From Salpingoeca rosetta (Eukaryota > Protista > Choanoflagellata), in contig JAWQFM010000021.1 of the NCBI GenBank assembly GCA_033442325.1, positions 825,189 to 889,188 of the forward strand: DNA of 64,000 nucleotides, given 5' to 3'. Under the pieces are notes generated by a model. That model was not told the origin of the DNA, searched no databases, and worked only from the letters and a program-made list of their open reading frames with translations. Positions 1 through 20,339 of the stretch are shown here, in pieces. Positions within the stretch are counted from its first letter, which is position 1; the number at the start of each line of letters is the position of its first letter. Position numbers and translations under genes: made by a program.

Positions 1-186
1 TTGTGCGCAGACTTCAGGTGTGTCTGAGTGTGTTCAATGCTTGAGATGGGTGTGACATATGATCATGTGGCCATGGGAATGCACGCCTGCCGCCAACAAC
101 GGTGTCATTGGCCACGTGCCTGCACTTGAACATGAACACACGCTTCACCAGTGTCTGCAGTGTCGCTGTTTGAGCGACTCACACGA

Positions 187-233
<47 letters not shown>

Positions 234-2423
234 CATGCGCTCTCACTGCACGGTGTTCCTGCCCTCAGCAATGTGGATGCGCATGTGGTGCTGGATCGCG
301 GTGCGCTGCACACGTATGCGTTTGATTTGGATGCTGCGGTGAACACACTCACCATGGACTGCGAGCAGCTGTTCACGGGACGGGATCAGCCCATGGAGAA
401 CTACGGCAAACACCTTCCATACCCAAACAACGCACTCCGCAACATTGCACGTCAATACGGTCTGTCCGCTGTGTGTGTCTGTGTGTGTGCCTGTATGTTT
501 GTCTGTGTGTGTTCTGCCTGTGTGTGCATGTGTGTGTGCGCGCATGTGTTCTGCCTGTGTGCGTGCATGTGTGTGTGTGTGTGTGTGTGTGTTCTGCCTG
601 TGTGTGCATGTGTGTGTGCGCGCATGTGTGTGTTGTGTGTGTGTCTCTCTGCCTGTCTCTCTGTCTGTCTGCCTGTCTGTCTGCCTCAGGGCCGCCTGGC
701 TGCTTGCCCTTCTGCCTGACTGGTTGTGTCTCAACTCATAATCTCCTTCCTATCGCGACGCACACCCTCTTGCCCCAACATCACACTCACTGCGTGCGTG
801 CACGCATTGCATGCATGCATGAATAGCCACCAGCAAGTTTATCACGGTGTTGGATGTCGACATCGTGCCGTCAGCAAGCCTCGTGCGTGCTTTTTCCGAT
901 GCTGCTGCTCAACTTGATCCTGCTGAGATCAGCAACACCGCGTTTGTGCTTCCAGGTATTGTTGACCGCTTGCCTGCATGCAACGTTTAAGGTGCGGTGG
1001 CATGTAAGGAGTAGCAGAAGGTGCATTGATGCAGTGTCTTGGCATCCCGTTCACTTGTTCGACACCAACCCCCGCCACAACACACCCACCACGAACGCAA
1101 GCCTTTGAAATATCGGCGGAGTTACCTGTGCATGAGTTCCCGACAACGCGTGAGGAGATGTTGGCTACACTTGCAGCTGGCACGGCGCAGCCCTTCTACA
1201 AGGACGTCTGCTGGAAGTGCCAGAAGTGAGTGTCTTGCGCATTGTGTGTGCATGCGTGTGCGTGCGTGCGTGTGCCGTGTGCATTGTGTCTGCTTGTGGC
1301 TGTGTATGTCTGTGCATGTGTGCATGCCACCTTGCTGTTGCGGTTTCCTCGCTGACACGAGCGTGAATTTCCATATTTTTCCTTTGCTCGTGCCTGCAGG
1401 CAAACCAGATACGACATCTGGGAAGCAACGCCATCAGACCTGACGTATGAAGGTTGGTATCGCGTCCCTGAATCACATTGCAGATGATGATGTTGTTTCC
1501 ACGCACGACCCTCAACGCTCAGACACTCGCCCTTACTTTTCATCTTGTTGGCTTCTCCTTCCCGCCTTCCCCTCACTTGTGCACACACGCTCCACCTCAG
1601 CTGTATGCATCGCCTCACTCAACCGCACGTCTCACGCGCACACACACACACACACACACACGCACTTGTGCTCGATCACTTACGCCTTGTTCGCCTAGTG
1701 CCGTGGACGGACCCCTGGGAGCCGTTTTACATCGCAAAGGCATCAACCTGTCCTCCATATGACGAGAGATTCAAGCAATGTGAGTGCTCCAAGCGTAAAG
1801 TGTACTTGTTTGTTTGTCCATTGTGTTTGTTCGTTTGTTTGTTTGACTGTTTGACCATTCACATCTTGCTCGCATGCTTCTGTGGTTGATCCCCCCCCCA
1901 CACACACAGATGGGTTTAATCGCATCTCCCAAGTCTGTGAAACGCACATTGCGGGATTCAAGTTCAAGGTCCGTGCTCACGAAAATGAGGAGTGTATCTG
2001 TACACTGTTCTGCTTGTATGCTTGCGCCCCTGAAGCTGGTGGAGGTGGGAGATCTCGAGAGCACACATTCACTCACACACACACACACTCACTCACTCAC
2101 ACAAACTCACTCAGACACACACGCATACTCACAAACACGCATACTCACAAACACGCATACTCACAAACACGCATACTCACAAACACGCATACTCACAAAC
2201 ACGCACACACACCCACGTTGCTGTGGATGTGCCTGTAACATCACACTCTGCGCGTTGCCTGCAGGTGCTGTACGATGCATTTGTCATGCATGCAGGCTTC
2301 AAGGTCCCCACGGCCTTCCATCCAACGAAGCAAGAGGAATTATCGTCCAACCGCATGCTGTTCCGGCAGTTCAAGCAGGAACTCAAATCCAAATACCCCG
2401 GAGTGGCGCGACGCTGCTACTGA
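1..2423 (+). CDS. B4GAT1: Beta-1,4-glucuronyltransferase 1 (GT49, B4GAT1/B3GNT1 family), 5' end outside window
   Basis: Exons ~<1-17, 269-459, 827-955, 1102-1225, 1400-1452, 1699-1779, 1910-1968, 2265-2423 join in frame through GT-AG. Spliced motifs YPNNALRNIAR, LDVDIVP (DxD), [40 protein letters not shown] and C-terminal LFRQFKQELKSKYPGVARRCY* match animal B4GAT1 closely. Confidence 0.92.
2121..2200. repeat. Intronic tandem repeat, 16-bp unit ACGCATACTCACAAAC x5
   Basis: Five consecutive copies read directly in the last B4GAT1 intron. Confidence 0.9.
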
Positions 2424-2856
2424 CTGAGCGCATCTCGTGACGGATGTGCGACAACATAGGATGAGCATAGGAATTGTGAGACGCAAGGGAGAAGGGAGAC
2501 TTGTGCTGCGTGCTGGATGCTGTTGCCAACACCCTTCGTCAACCACCACGACCACACCACATAATTATTTTTCCCTTCCCTTGCGCAGCCGTTATTTGTG
2601 CCTGGCGTTTTATGTTGACTCGCGATCTCGGCTTGTCCACCGCAGTATGCGACGCAAGACAGCACACATCACCAGTGTCACGCGCGCTGCTCGTGTTGGG
2701 CATCCATTGCATATGTTGCGCGGGTTGTTTATCAAGGGTACAACCATTGTGCACCAGAAACAAGCAAGAGAAGAAATTGTGGCAATGAATAGCTGCCATG
2801 TCGCATGGCGAGTATGGCACAACACAACTGCAAGTTGCGCGCTGGTGTGAATTGGC

Positions 2857-7033
<4,177 letters not shown>

Positions 7034-7346
7034 CGTGGCAGTCCGAGTGGGTATGTATGTCGATGTGTGTGTGTAGTCTGTGTGTGTGTGAGAGTGAGTG
7101 AGAGAGAGTCTGTGTGTGTGTGTGTGTGCGCGCGCGCGATGGGCGAAGAACAACACAGGGCAAACAAGACACGGCGAGGACAGGGCAAACAGGAACGGAA
7201 ATGGATGTGTGCTGCTGTGTTTGTGGTGGCGGTTGCTGAAGATTGATGGAAGATCTTAGCCATTTTTCGGCAATCCAAGGCAAGAAACGAAAAAGACCAA
7301 CCAACCAACAACAACAACAGCAAACCACAATCAAACCAAACGCAGC

Positions 7347-9323
<1,977 letters not shown>

Positions 9324-9326
<3 letters not shown>

Positions 9327-9376
9327 TGATGGTGATGATGATGATGATGATGATGATGATGAGTGATGATGATGGC

Positions 9377-9428
<52 letters not shown>
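9324..9428. repeat. (GAT)n trinucleotide microsatellite starting at the epimerase stop codon
   Basis: Directly visible. Confidence 0.95.
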
Positions 9429-9615
9429 GCGATGGTAATCGGTGGTGGCGGTGATGTTGGGTGCGCGTGTTGTGTTGAGCATTAACTGCGCTGGTGTATT
9501 CGCTTGTAACGAGCCCGCAATCCCCCAACATTAAACAAACAAACACAACACAACACAACACAGCACAACACAACAAACAAACAATAACAAAAAAACAAGA
9601 GGTTTTTGATGATGA

Positions 9616-9913
9616 TTATGATGATGATGATGGCGTTGGTGTTGTGATGGACATGATCTGGTAGCCGCTCCAGCCAAGGAGGATCTTGCGAACCTCCGTG
9701 AACCCAATCCACGCTTTGGGCCGCTGTCCTTTCCTGCAGCGGTCCCACGCAGAGCAACGAGAAAACAAATTGAAGGGAAGAGGGAGGGGGGCAAAGGAGC
9801 GTGGGTTGAGCGCAGCGTACAAACAGAAGTAGCGTGCGTGATGGTGGGAAGCAACAGACCGGAAATATCGTTTACACGAAGGACAATAAACAGAGTCTTT
9901 TACACCAAACAAG

Positions 9914-9965
<52 letters not shown>

Positions 9966-10606
9966 GCGGGCATACGCAGCACCATACACAATCGGGTACG
10001 CAATACAACACGCGTGTACCTTGCAGTGAGAATTTCCCGGACGATGCCGGTATCGTCCTCCCATTCGCGCATCGCATACACGAGTGCATAGTGGTTCGTC
10101 AGATGGAAGAGCAGCACTGGTGATGGCGTGGTGATGGAGGGGTGGAGAAGTGTGAATTGGTCACGTGTGAACGAAAGGATCGATGTCTTTGTTCTCACGT
10201 ACAGACGCAAGTGCAGACACACACACGTACACACGCAAGTGCACACACACACACACACACACGTGCACATACACGCACACACACACACACACAAGATCAC
10301 ACGCACACACACGCACACAATCACACACACCCATACACATTCACAAAAGCACAGAATGCACGCACACATCCACGTAGACAAGCACAAGCACCACCGACCT
10401 GTGTTTGATCTGTTGAACTCCGAGAAGAGGGCACGCCACTGGTCCTCAATCTTCCGCGCATCATCGCGGGTGAGCAGTTTGTGCTGCACCCGCGATCCTT
10501 TCATCGCCTTGCCCATGAACGGCCGGCACTCAAGCACCGTCTGGTGCGTTGGTTGTGTGTATTATGTGAGAGAAGATGATGAGCAAGAGTGACACACACA
10601 CACACA

Positions 10607-10639
<33 letters not shown>

Positions 10640-12982
10640 GCACGCACGCACGCACGCACAATCACACACACGCACCCCTCCCATCCAACTCACATCGTAT
10701 TGTGAAGAGACGGCCTTGCATGCAGACGTGATGCCCCAGTTCCCAAAGTACGCTGTGCTCGGTCGCTCCTTGGTCAGCTTTGCCATACCAATCACCGCAT
10801 TCACATACGCCATCAGCGCCTTCTTCCACTTGGGACTCACAGGCGTTACTGCTAGCTCCTGTGGTGTGGGTTGTGTTGTGTTGTGTTGTGTTGCGTTGTG
10901 TTGTGTGTGTGGGTTGTGTTGTGTTGTGTTGTGTTGTGCGTGTGTGCGTATGAATGTCCGTGAGTTTGTGCCCGTGTGCATGTATGCATGCACACCTCTG
11001 TGTTTGTGTGTTCACAACACACACGCAGATATGAAAGGCCCGGGCATACAAGACGATACAGCAGTTCCATCCCAAACAAATAACACACACACACATACAA
11101 ACACATTCCCTCCCCGACATCACTCACTTCGAGCTCCTCGTTGTGCTGTGCAGTTCCGCCAGTCGACGTTGTTGCTGTGGTGCTGGCAACGTTGTCGCCC
11201 TTTTGCTTCTCACCATCACCACTGCCCTCCTTCTCCTTCTGATCGCCATCATCACCACCCGATTCTTTCGACACGTCTACACACGCTGTCACACGTGACC
11301 CGACTGTGGGCGCATCTTGCTTCTGCTGCTTTTGGGCCGTCGTGACAACCACGTCGACATCATCATCGTCCTCGTCTTCATCGTGATCATCACCACCATC
11401 ATCGTCATCACCTCCATCGATATCCCCACCACCAATGCCGCCCTGGCTCCCGTCCTTGTCACCACTCCCATCTCTGGCCGGTGCGTGCCGCCCATACACA
11501 GTGCGCAGCTGAGCAAACACGCGCTCCGTGTTGCTGACGTCGTCATCAACCAGCTCCCGGATGTGCTGCCACAGTATCTTCTTCTTCTTGCCCTACGGTG
11601 CCATGGGCGGGTGTGTGTAAGAGAGGGAGAGAGGGAGAGAGACAGACAGACAGAAAGACAGACAGACAGACACAGAGAGAGAGAGTGTGTGTGTGTGTGA
11701 GTGGGTTTTGTGTGTGATGACACGATGAGCGACAGTACAAGGTGCATAGCACGTCCACACAAAAGCACACACACACACACACACACACACACTTTTGGGA
11801 ACTTGGTGGCAAAGGACTGGTCGTTTTCTGCCAGTTTCAGCTTGAGCTTTTCCACGAGATCAGATGGGTCCGCGCCAAGCGCGAATGAGCATCTGCATCA
11901 TGCGGAGGAGAATAGGTGGGGTTGCGTGGTGCCTTCAGCGTTTCGTCCACAGGCGACCAGGGCACGCACATGCACACACACATGCATACAGAGCATGCAA
12001 AGCACAAACACGCCACATGCACACGCACGCACGCACACACGCACATGCAATCAAAGCATACACATATACAAAGCACACGCATTAAGCATACCCACCGGCG
12101 ATGGTGCTTGATGACAATGCCGTCCAACACGTTGCGGAACTCCTCAAGGAGATCGTGTTGGGATAGCGCCTGCTCATCATCACGACGCCGACGCGAGAGT
12201 GCATTAAACGCGCCCGCCACAGATGCTGTGACCAGGACACCACCGCAGCAACAAAGCAAATCCAACGACAGTGTCACCACAAGCGAGCAAGTCACAAGCG
12301 AGCAAGTCACAAGCGAGCAAGTCAGGTGGCAACGGTTGATGAGTGGCTGAAAGTGCATACGTACACACATGTGCGTGCTGTTGCGGCACGGCACGTACGC
12401 AAACAACATTCAGAGCCGTTTCAACGACCACAATACGACTAACAACAGCGACAATACACACCAACGCATAAGTCACCGTGCTGTTGTTATTGTTCATGAG
12501 ACACGGTTGGCCGAAGTGTTGTGACGCCATCCCTCACCTGCTGCACAGGCTGGACTGAACTGCTTCACCCAGGAATCGAAGAGCTGCCGGTTGTACGCGA
12601 CACAGAGCCGCCGCTTGTCTGTGGGCATGCTGTCTCCATCGTACAGCAACGCGGTCAAGTCCACTTCTTCAGCAGCATCCGTATCGCGCTGCACAACCGC
12701 AACAAAAACAAAGTTGCACGAATGCGTCAGCACAAGCAGCGGCGACCTCACACACACACACACTCTCTCTCTCACTCTCTCTCTCTCGTTTCGTTTTGGT
12801 TCATACGCTTCATCATCAATGCAACTTGACACCTGACTCACTTCGTACGTGTACTTTTTGCTTGTCGTCGATCCGTCAGCCGCGGCCGTCGCTTCCATCC
12901 TTGCACTCGCCGTCACATCCTTGCGCTCGGCGCCTCCGTTGTTCATCTTTGTTGTCGTTGTCGCCGTTTCGTTGCCGCTCAT
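9616..12982 (-). CDS. Uncharacterised protein with papain-like (BIVM / phytochelatin-synthase / C39-like) motifs
   Basis: About 9 exons (~12982-12842, 12690-12538, 12226-12096, 11893-11793, 11593-11128, 10859-10694, 10541-10400, 10117-10020, 9734-9616) splice in frame. They give KQFSPACAAASVAGAFNAL ... PSTAYFGNWGI ... QWRALFSEFNRSNTVLLFHLTNHYALVYAMREW ... LTARKGQRPKAWIGF. Confidence 0.72.
12279..12324. repeat. Intronic 15-bp tandem repeat ACAAGCGAGCAAGTC x3
   Basis: Directly visible. Confidence 0.85.
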
Positions 12983-13351
12983 TTTTCGAATCTCCCGGCC
13001 GTGAATAAACACCAAAAAATGCAGCGTCGTTCGCTCCTCCTGGAATTCAATGAAGATTTCATAAAACTTTCGGCAATCGACAACGCCACCGAACGCGGTA
13101 GCGTTGAGTGAACCTCTCGCATCATCGTCATCCCGCTCGCAACAAACAACAACCAACACCACCAACAACAGCTCTGCCACAACAAGAAAGAACAAGGCAA
13201 ACCAACACAACACCTCCAGCGCCTGCTGCAACTGCTGCTGCATTCGAGTCCTGCATGGACGACAGGGGTGCGCAGCGGCCCTTGGCGCTTGGTAAGAACA
13301 CACAAGAGAGACAAGCAGACACACAGAGAGGGAGAGATTGAGAGGGAGAGA

Positions 13352-13369
13352 TTTCGCGCCAATTTCGCG
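13352..13369. promoter_or_regulatory. Putative tandem E2F-type sites (TTTCGCGCC, TTTCGCG) in a divergent intergenic region
   Basis: ATTTCGCGCCAATTTCGCG matches the TTTSSCGC consensus once fully and once partially. It lies between two head-to-head genes. Function is inferred. Confidence 0.3.
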
Positions 13370-13511
13370 TCGTTGGTGCGATCGTCGGCTTTGTGCTCTC
13401 TGTTTGCGTCGTTGCATTGCGGATTTGCGAAGCGACAGCAACAGCGGGGACAGCCTTTTCAGCAGCAGCCCCAACCACAGCATGGTGTCACCAATGGCGG
13501 TGACGTCAATC

Positions 13512-13562
<51 letters not shown>

Positions 13563-13796
13563 GTGTGTGAAGCAGGTCACACAAGTTCGGTCAACACAGC
13601 AACAGCAACAACAACAGCGACAACAACAGCAACAATCCGCCACACACAAACAACACAGCACAACACACACAACACAACACGCACATGCACGCAACAGCCT
13701 TCTCCACAAACAACAACAACTGCAGCGCACAACACCATTCATTATTTCTCTGCGTTGCTTGCTTTTACCTCCTCCTCTCTGCTTTGTTGACTCACA

Positions 13797-15433
13797 ATGC
13801 GGCACGCCAACAAACACCACCATCACACACACCACCACAAACACAAACACCATCGACTGCGTCATCGATGCCACACAACAGCGACTGATCGACATCGGCA
13901 CCATCACCAAGATGTGCACCCTCACGACATGCACATGGGTGAGTCTGACAGCGGCAACGGGGATGTGTGTGTGCGTGTGTTTGAGCGTCTGCACTGAGTC
14001 TGTCCTGGATTCCATATCTGATGTTTGGACACAAACAGCATTATTGGTACACAAACAGCATTGACCAACAGTCACTCACTGTCACACACACTCACACACA
14101 CACACACACGCACTGTCACACACACACCCACTGTCACTCACACGCACTGTCACACACACACACACACACTGTCACACACACACACACACACACACTGTCA
14201 CACACCATCACATAAACACTCACTCACTCACTCATTCACACACTCTTGCATTCACATGTAGTGACATGCGAGTATTGCGGGGAGCGGTTTTATCCGGACC
14301 GCCTGATTGTGCACCACCGCGTATGTGGGCCAGATGCACCAAGACTCCCCACTGCAACTCGGCGCTCCCAGTCCAACAAACGCATGAAGGACATCACCGA
14401 ACTCGTATCAGCAGCGCCTGCATCCAGTGCGCACGCGCGGCTGTTGAGGCCGAGCACAGATAGACAGCAGCTGTTGCAGCAGCAGTACCGCACCAACGGC
14501 AGAGCGCTCACTCGCCACAGTACCCCAACCTTCTTCACCGTCGCCAGCAGCTCGGACCACTGCACACATGGCCAATATGATGATATTGTTGATGATGACT
14601 ATGACTACGATGATGGCGATGATGACGGTGATGCCGGTGTCGTTGAAGGGCTCGGTGCATATCATGATAATGGTGGCGATACCCGCTCTGGCAGCAGCGG
14701 CAATGTCGGTGCTGGTGTCGTTAGCAGTGGTGGCGGTGATGTCCATGGCGACGGTGACGTATTAGGCAGGTACAGTCTGCAAAACACACACGCGACCGAA
14801 CCAAGAGAGTTGAGTGAACAGGGCCACGACACAGCAGAGGCGATGGTGTCGCCGCACCAGCATGACAGGCGTAGCTTGGGCTCCCGCGGGTCACACACCG
14901 GGGATCATCACCAGCGGCAGCGCAGAGAACACCGCCATAGCAGCGTCTCGCCACGAACCATGTCGGAACGCAGCACAAGCACGCCCGCGCTCTCTCGCCA
15001 GATCGCCATCCCACACACGCCGTACGTGCCGCACCAGCCACCTTCACCGCAGACCCACCGACCACGCGGAGACACGATGGTGATGATGATGAACACAGCG
15101 ACGCGTCGAACGCCAAGCTTGCGCCGACAGCGCGGACACGCAGCAACTCCAGCAGCCAGTGAGGACGATTTTGGTCGCCTCAACATCACTCAAGACGCAG
15201 CCACCACCCACGGCCGCATTGGAGCAAAGCCAAGCACCGCGCCTGCACAGCATCCACAGCAACGAACACCGCCACCACTTCAGGGACCCCCGCCCTTACA
15301 ACAACAGCACCGCCACCACCAGCACCACCATCAATCACCGTCACCGTCGAGTCGAAGCAGCTCCACCACCCACACGCGCCTGCTGCGCCAATCTACGCTG
15401 CTGGCAAGGTCTTCCTCCCACGGCAGCGGCGGG

Positions 15434-15514
<81 letters not shown>

Positions 15515-17716
15515 GATGACACAACTTCGCTGTCGACATCACTGGATACAGCCCAACTCCGCAACCACCGTGGCCAGCCCACCCGCGCCACCGACGCCAC
15601 CAACACCAACACCGCAATCGCCCACGGTCACGGTGGTGAGCGCGCGCTCTCTGCATCGTTCACAACATCCTCGTTGCTGCTGTTGCGCCAAGACCAAACG
15701 CTCACTGCGCTGGCTGAAGACGCATTCATGCTGAATACACACGATGGTGCGCGCCGTCAGCCCTCATCAACACCACTGTCATCGCCAGCATCATCAACAT
15801 CATCATCATTGGCGCCCACGGGAATGAAGGCACCAACGCCTTCTGCGCGTGCCAGTGTCAGCAGCAGTGGAAGTAGTGATAGCAAGGACAAGAGCAAGCA
15901 CCCCATCAAAGCAAAGAACAAGACGCCTTCGCCCATTGCAGCCGCAGCCACAGCTGGTGGGAAACGCATGTGCTCCCCAGCAGAGCAGCGACCACCGCCA
16001 CGTTTGTCGCTGTCCGGCGGGAAGAAACAGCGAGCCCGCAGCAGCTCAAACTTGCGTGACACGTGGTGTGACATGGTTGCGGCCCAGTCACTGACTACCT
16101 CCCCCTCCACACCTCCAACCCGCCACAGACACAACCAGCCGCCCGCGTCATCAACTACCATCGCCGCCCCTCCCTGCACAGCAACACCTCACACGCACGC
16201 GGACGTACACGCGTCCGTGCATGCTCGCGCCTCCATCTCACCAACAGCCATCGCCACGCCAGACACCCCGCCCCAACATCCCGGCACACGTGCACGTGCA
16301 CACACGGGGGCACCAGCCATCCGCATACGCACGGTTGCGCTGGCGGACCTGGCTGTTGATGCCGCTGTTGGCGTCGTGCCCTTGCGCCGTGGACATGGTG
16401 GTGGTACTGATGATGGTGGTGATCGGAATGGCGATTGGGATGATGGTGGTGCTGATTATGATGATGGTAACAGTGCTGGTGGTGATCACGGTGGTACGTG
16501 TCGCAAAGCGGATGGGGTGGGCGTCGGCCCTCGTCACCAACAAGAACAAGCACCCGTGCGAGGGAGAGTCGCTATTCAACCACGGGCACGGCTTCGAAGT
16601 CACAGCGTTGGGCACGTACCACACTCTCCAAGCAACACAGCGCTCGCGGGTGATGTGATCAACGAAAGCGGCCGCAACAAGGGTGATGCCACTGCAAGCG
16701 GCGACGGAGCTACCAGTGATGGCTTCAACATGCCCGCCTCTCAACCAACACCACCGCAGGCACGCCCACCGCCATCATCTTCATCGTCAACGGCATTGAA
16801 GCGACGCAGCTTTCGCTCACACGCGCGCAGAAAACAACAGCAACAACATCACCACCAGCCTGATAATCACGAGACGCAACAGCAGATCGCAGCTCACACA
16901 CGCGCGCAATCTACCGCCGACGCACAGTCTATGTCCCCACCAGCTGCTCCCGTGCCACGTGTATGCGTGGGTGTGGAGGACATGAGTGGCGACGATAATG
17001 AAGGGCAACACGCGCGTGACTCGCGCAGAGAAAGCGGCGGCAGTGGCATGATTAGCCGTTGCGACAGCAGCGTGAGCAGGGGCTTTCTGAGCGATGCGGA
17101 TGGTGAACTGAAGAGCGAGGATGGGGAGATGAATCACGGTACCCCCCACAGTATTGGCAGCGGTCATGGTGGTGATGGTGGTGATGGTGGTGGTGGTGGT
17201 GGTGGTGGTGACCTGGTGCACTTGCGCAGCGAGATCAACCTTGGTGAGTCGCGTGACCACGAGCACCATCAGCACCACCACCACCAGCGTCACCACCACC
17301 ACGAGCACCACCAACAGCGTGCTGTGTCGTTGATTAACAGCACACCCGAAGAGCAGCAACAGCAGCAACATCACGCGCCTTTGCACATACACACTGCGAG
17401 CACCCATTCCATCGCTACCACTGCCAGCATCACCGGCGTCAATAGCAACAGCACCACCAGCAGCAACACTAGCAGCATGCTGCACGTGCACCTCTCCCGC
17501 AGCAAGAGCGTGCGCACATTGCCCACGTACCGTGTGCCCACGCTCCACCGGTGCTTGACGACAGACCTGTCACATGCGCGGGGGATGCTGGGGCGACAAC
17601 CGCACGCGCCGCTGCCACCAATCAAGCCGTCGTCACACCCACCACCCGACAGTGTTGCTGCGGACGATGATGATGACGATGGTGCTGACGGTGATGGTGG
17701 TGTGGACAGGCAGTGA
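13797..17716 (+). CDS. zf-C2HC zinc-finger protein with a long disordered low-complexity tail (ZC2HC1-like finger)
   Basis: The large exon 14261-17716 opens with VTCEYCGERFYPDRLIVHHRVC (CxxC-x12-H-x3-C), followed by S/H/Q/N/G-rich sequence. A phase-compatible donor exists at ~13938. The true start is uncertain. Confidence 0.7.
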
Positions 17717-18316
17717 CACACGCGTCGAAGCAACAGCGTGATTTCACCCTTGCGCATTGAAAACTACGTGCGTCATTACTTGCCATGATCTTTCATCCAC
17801 CCGAACACCTGCATGGTTCCTTGCCTGCAGGCATGTCACGTCACGTCGTCTTCTCTACTTGTTCATTCGTTGTATGTGTTCATGTGCATCTGATATTTTC
17901 CGGGCTATGGGCCCTCCGTGTGGGTGTGCGTACACCTGCGCGCGTGTTGTCCTATGTGTGATATTTGCACTTGTTGTCTGGGGTTGCTTTTTCCTCTATT
18001 TAATCACACCTTGTTGTCCCCTCTCCTCTCATTGCTTGAATGCTTGCCGTGTTATCCCTGATCGCTGTCTGCGCGCATCTGTTGTGGTGCGTGTCGCCTT
18101 TCATTTATTCTTGCCTTCGTATTTGCTTTCCTGCCGTGGCACACCTTGTATCAGACCCGTATCTGTGTTCGGGGGTTCATGTTTCTGTATGCACGTGCGA
18201 TGTTGCTTCCACAGTCGTTTTATTTTCTTTCTGAAGAACCCATCCACACATCACACGCGTGTATGTACAGCAGTCACGTGCACTAGGCAGCAGGGCGGAG
18301 AATGGTGGTGGATGAC

Positions 18317-18355
<39 letters not shown>

Positions 18356-18504
18356 GAATCCTAAGGTTTGCACAGGCATGTGTCAGACCTACGAAACACA
18401 TACACTCAAGACACACACATACACAAACAAACAACCAACCAACCAAACAAACAAACAACCAAACAAACAAACAACCAAACAAACACAACGGAGAAGCATG
18501 TGAG

Positions 18505-20254
18505 CTAGATGAGGTTTGGCTTGTGGTCCTTCTTCTGCCAGCAAGCAGCACGAAGGGCCACGGCATCGCACACCGTGAAGTCACGTGATGGCAGCTGCTT
18601 GAACGCCTTTGCGCCGCTGTCGTAACGGAAGTAACGCGCCACCATGTCCCTGGTCACCGTGCGCGGGCCTGCGCCGTAAATCTTGGTGATGCCTGCAGGC
18701 ACAACCGCATACACGCCGCGGAACTTGAGGTGCGTTGGCGTGCGTAGCACAATGACGAGGTGTGGAATGTCGCAGCTGTCAATGGCCCTGAGCGCAGCAT
18801 CTCGCTTCTTCGCATTGATGTCGCCAGAACCAAGGCACGCCGGGGACTGGATGGCGTTTTTGCAAATCACCACGTTGCTTCGCAACTTCAGCACCTTCTC
18901 CGCTGCCGCTTGCTGCTTCTGCTGCTGCTGCTCTTGTGATGTGTTATCTTGCTGTCGGTCCTTCTGTTGAGGTGGTGCCTGTCGCTCCTTGTGATGCGAG
19001 GGTGCGTGCTTGCCAGCAGCATAGCCACTGCCATCTGCTGCACGTGTGTGCAATCGCTCGCCATTGCTGCCGCCCCGATCACGACGTGGAGGACTCACAG
19101 CTGCTGGCGGCTGCATCTCAACCACCCAGCTGCGACCAGCGCCACCACCTCGATCGCTATTGACATTGCCATTGTTGTGTCCATACCCACTCCCACTCCC
19201 ACTCCCAGCGCCACTGCGATCACTGCGATCACTGCGTGCGTCTGCTTTCCGCTGTGCACTGCCCCTGCTCTCGTATTCGTACTCGCCCTCCATCTCCGCG
19301 CGAATCAGCTCGTCCGCCGCGTCCCACTCCTCCCGCGCACGTGCGTGATGCTGATGTTGATGTTGATGGTGGTGATAGCCATGACGGTATTGCTGCTGTT
19401 GCTGCTGCTGCTGCTGTTGGCGCTGTGCGTATTCACGCTGCCCGCGTGTGACCTCAGAGGCCGGGCGTGCATAGCCACCACGCTGCTGCTGCTGCTGCTG
19501 GTGCATGGGAGCAGATCGCTGCGGCGTGTGTGATTGGGGGCGGCGGCGGATTTTGGGTTGCTCCCCACGCCCCTCGCCAGTGTCGTAGGCAGGTGCAAAT
19601 TCGCCTTCCTGCTGGGGACCATCGTGTCCATGCTGGCGCAGCGGAGGCGCTGCTGGTGCTGTGATACCGTCACCATCATTGCCCTCGCCACTCTCCTCCA
19701 GAATCATGGTCGATTGCAGCTGCTGCTGGCGGTGATGGTGGCGATGGTGATGACTCAAGCGTTGATGCTGCAACCCACCACCACCACCACCACCACCACC
19801 ACGACCACCACTTCCGCTACCACCTTCCATCTCGTCGATACCGTCACCGTATTCATCATCACCATACCCCGCACCGCCACGCGTGTCATCACCACCATCA
19901 TCACCACCCACTGCCGAGCGTGACTCGCGCCTCCTCATCTTCTGCGCAACCAATCTGTTCCGGTGCGACAAACGGCGCTGCCGTCGCTGCTCTGCCGCTC
20001 CACCACCACCATTCGTCGCATCGTCATCGGGGTGTGCACGTGCACGCGCGTGCGACGTTGCGTGTGCGTGGTCTTTGCTGGTGTCACTTGGTTCCTTGTT
20101 TCCATCACCAAAGCTGACAACAAAGGCCTCTGCTCGCCTTCCCTTGTCCCCACCATAAACACCGCTTTCATCGTGATGTCGGCGGGGTGAAACGTCAGCA
20201 GCTGGCAGGTCAGCAGCATCGTGGTGGTGGTGGGGCTGCTGCTGCTGCTGCTGC

Positions 20255-20339
<85 letters not shown>

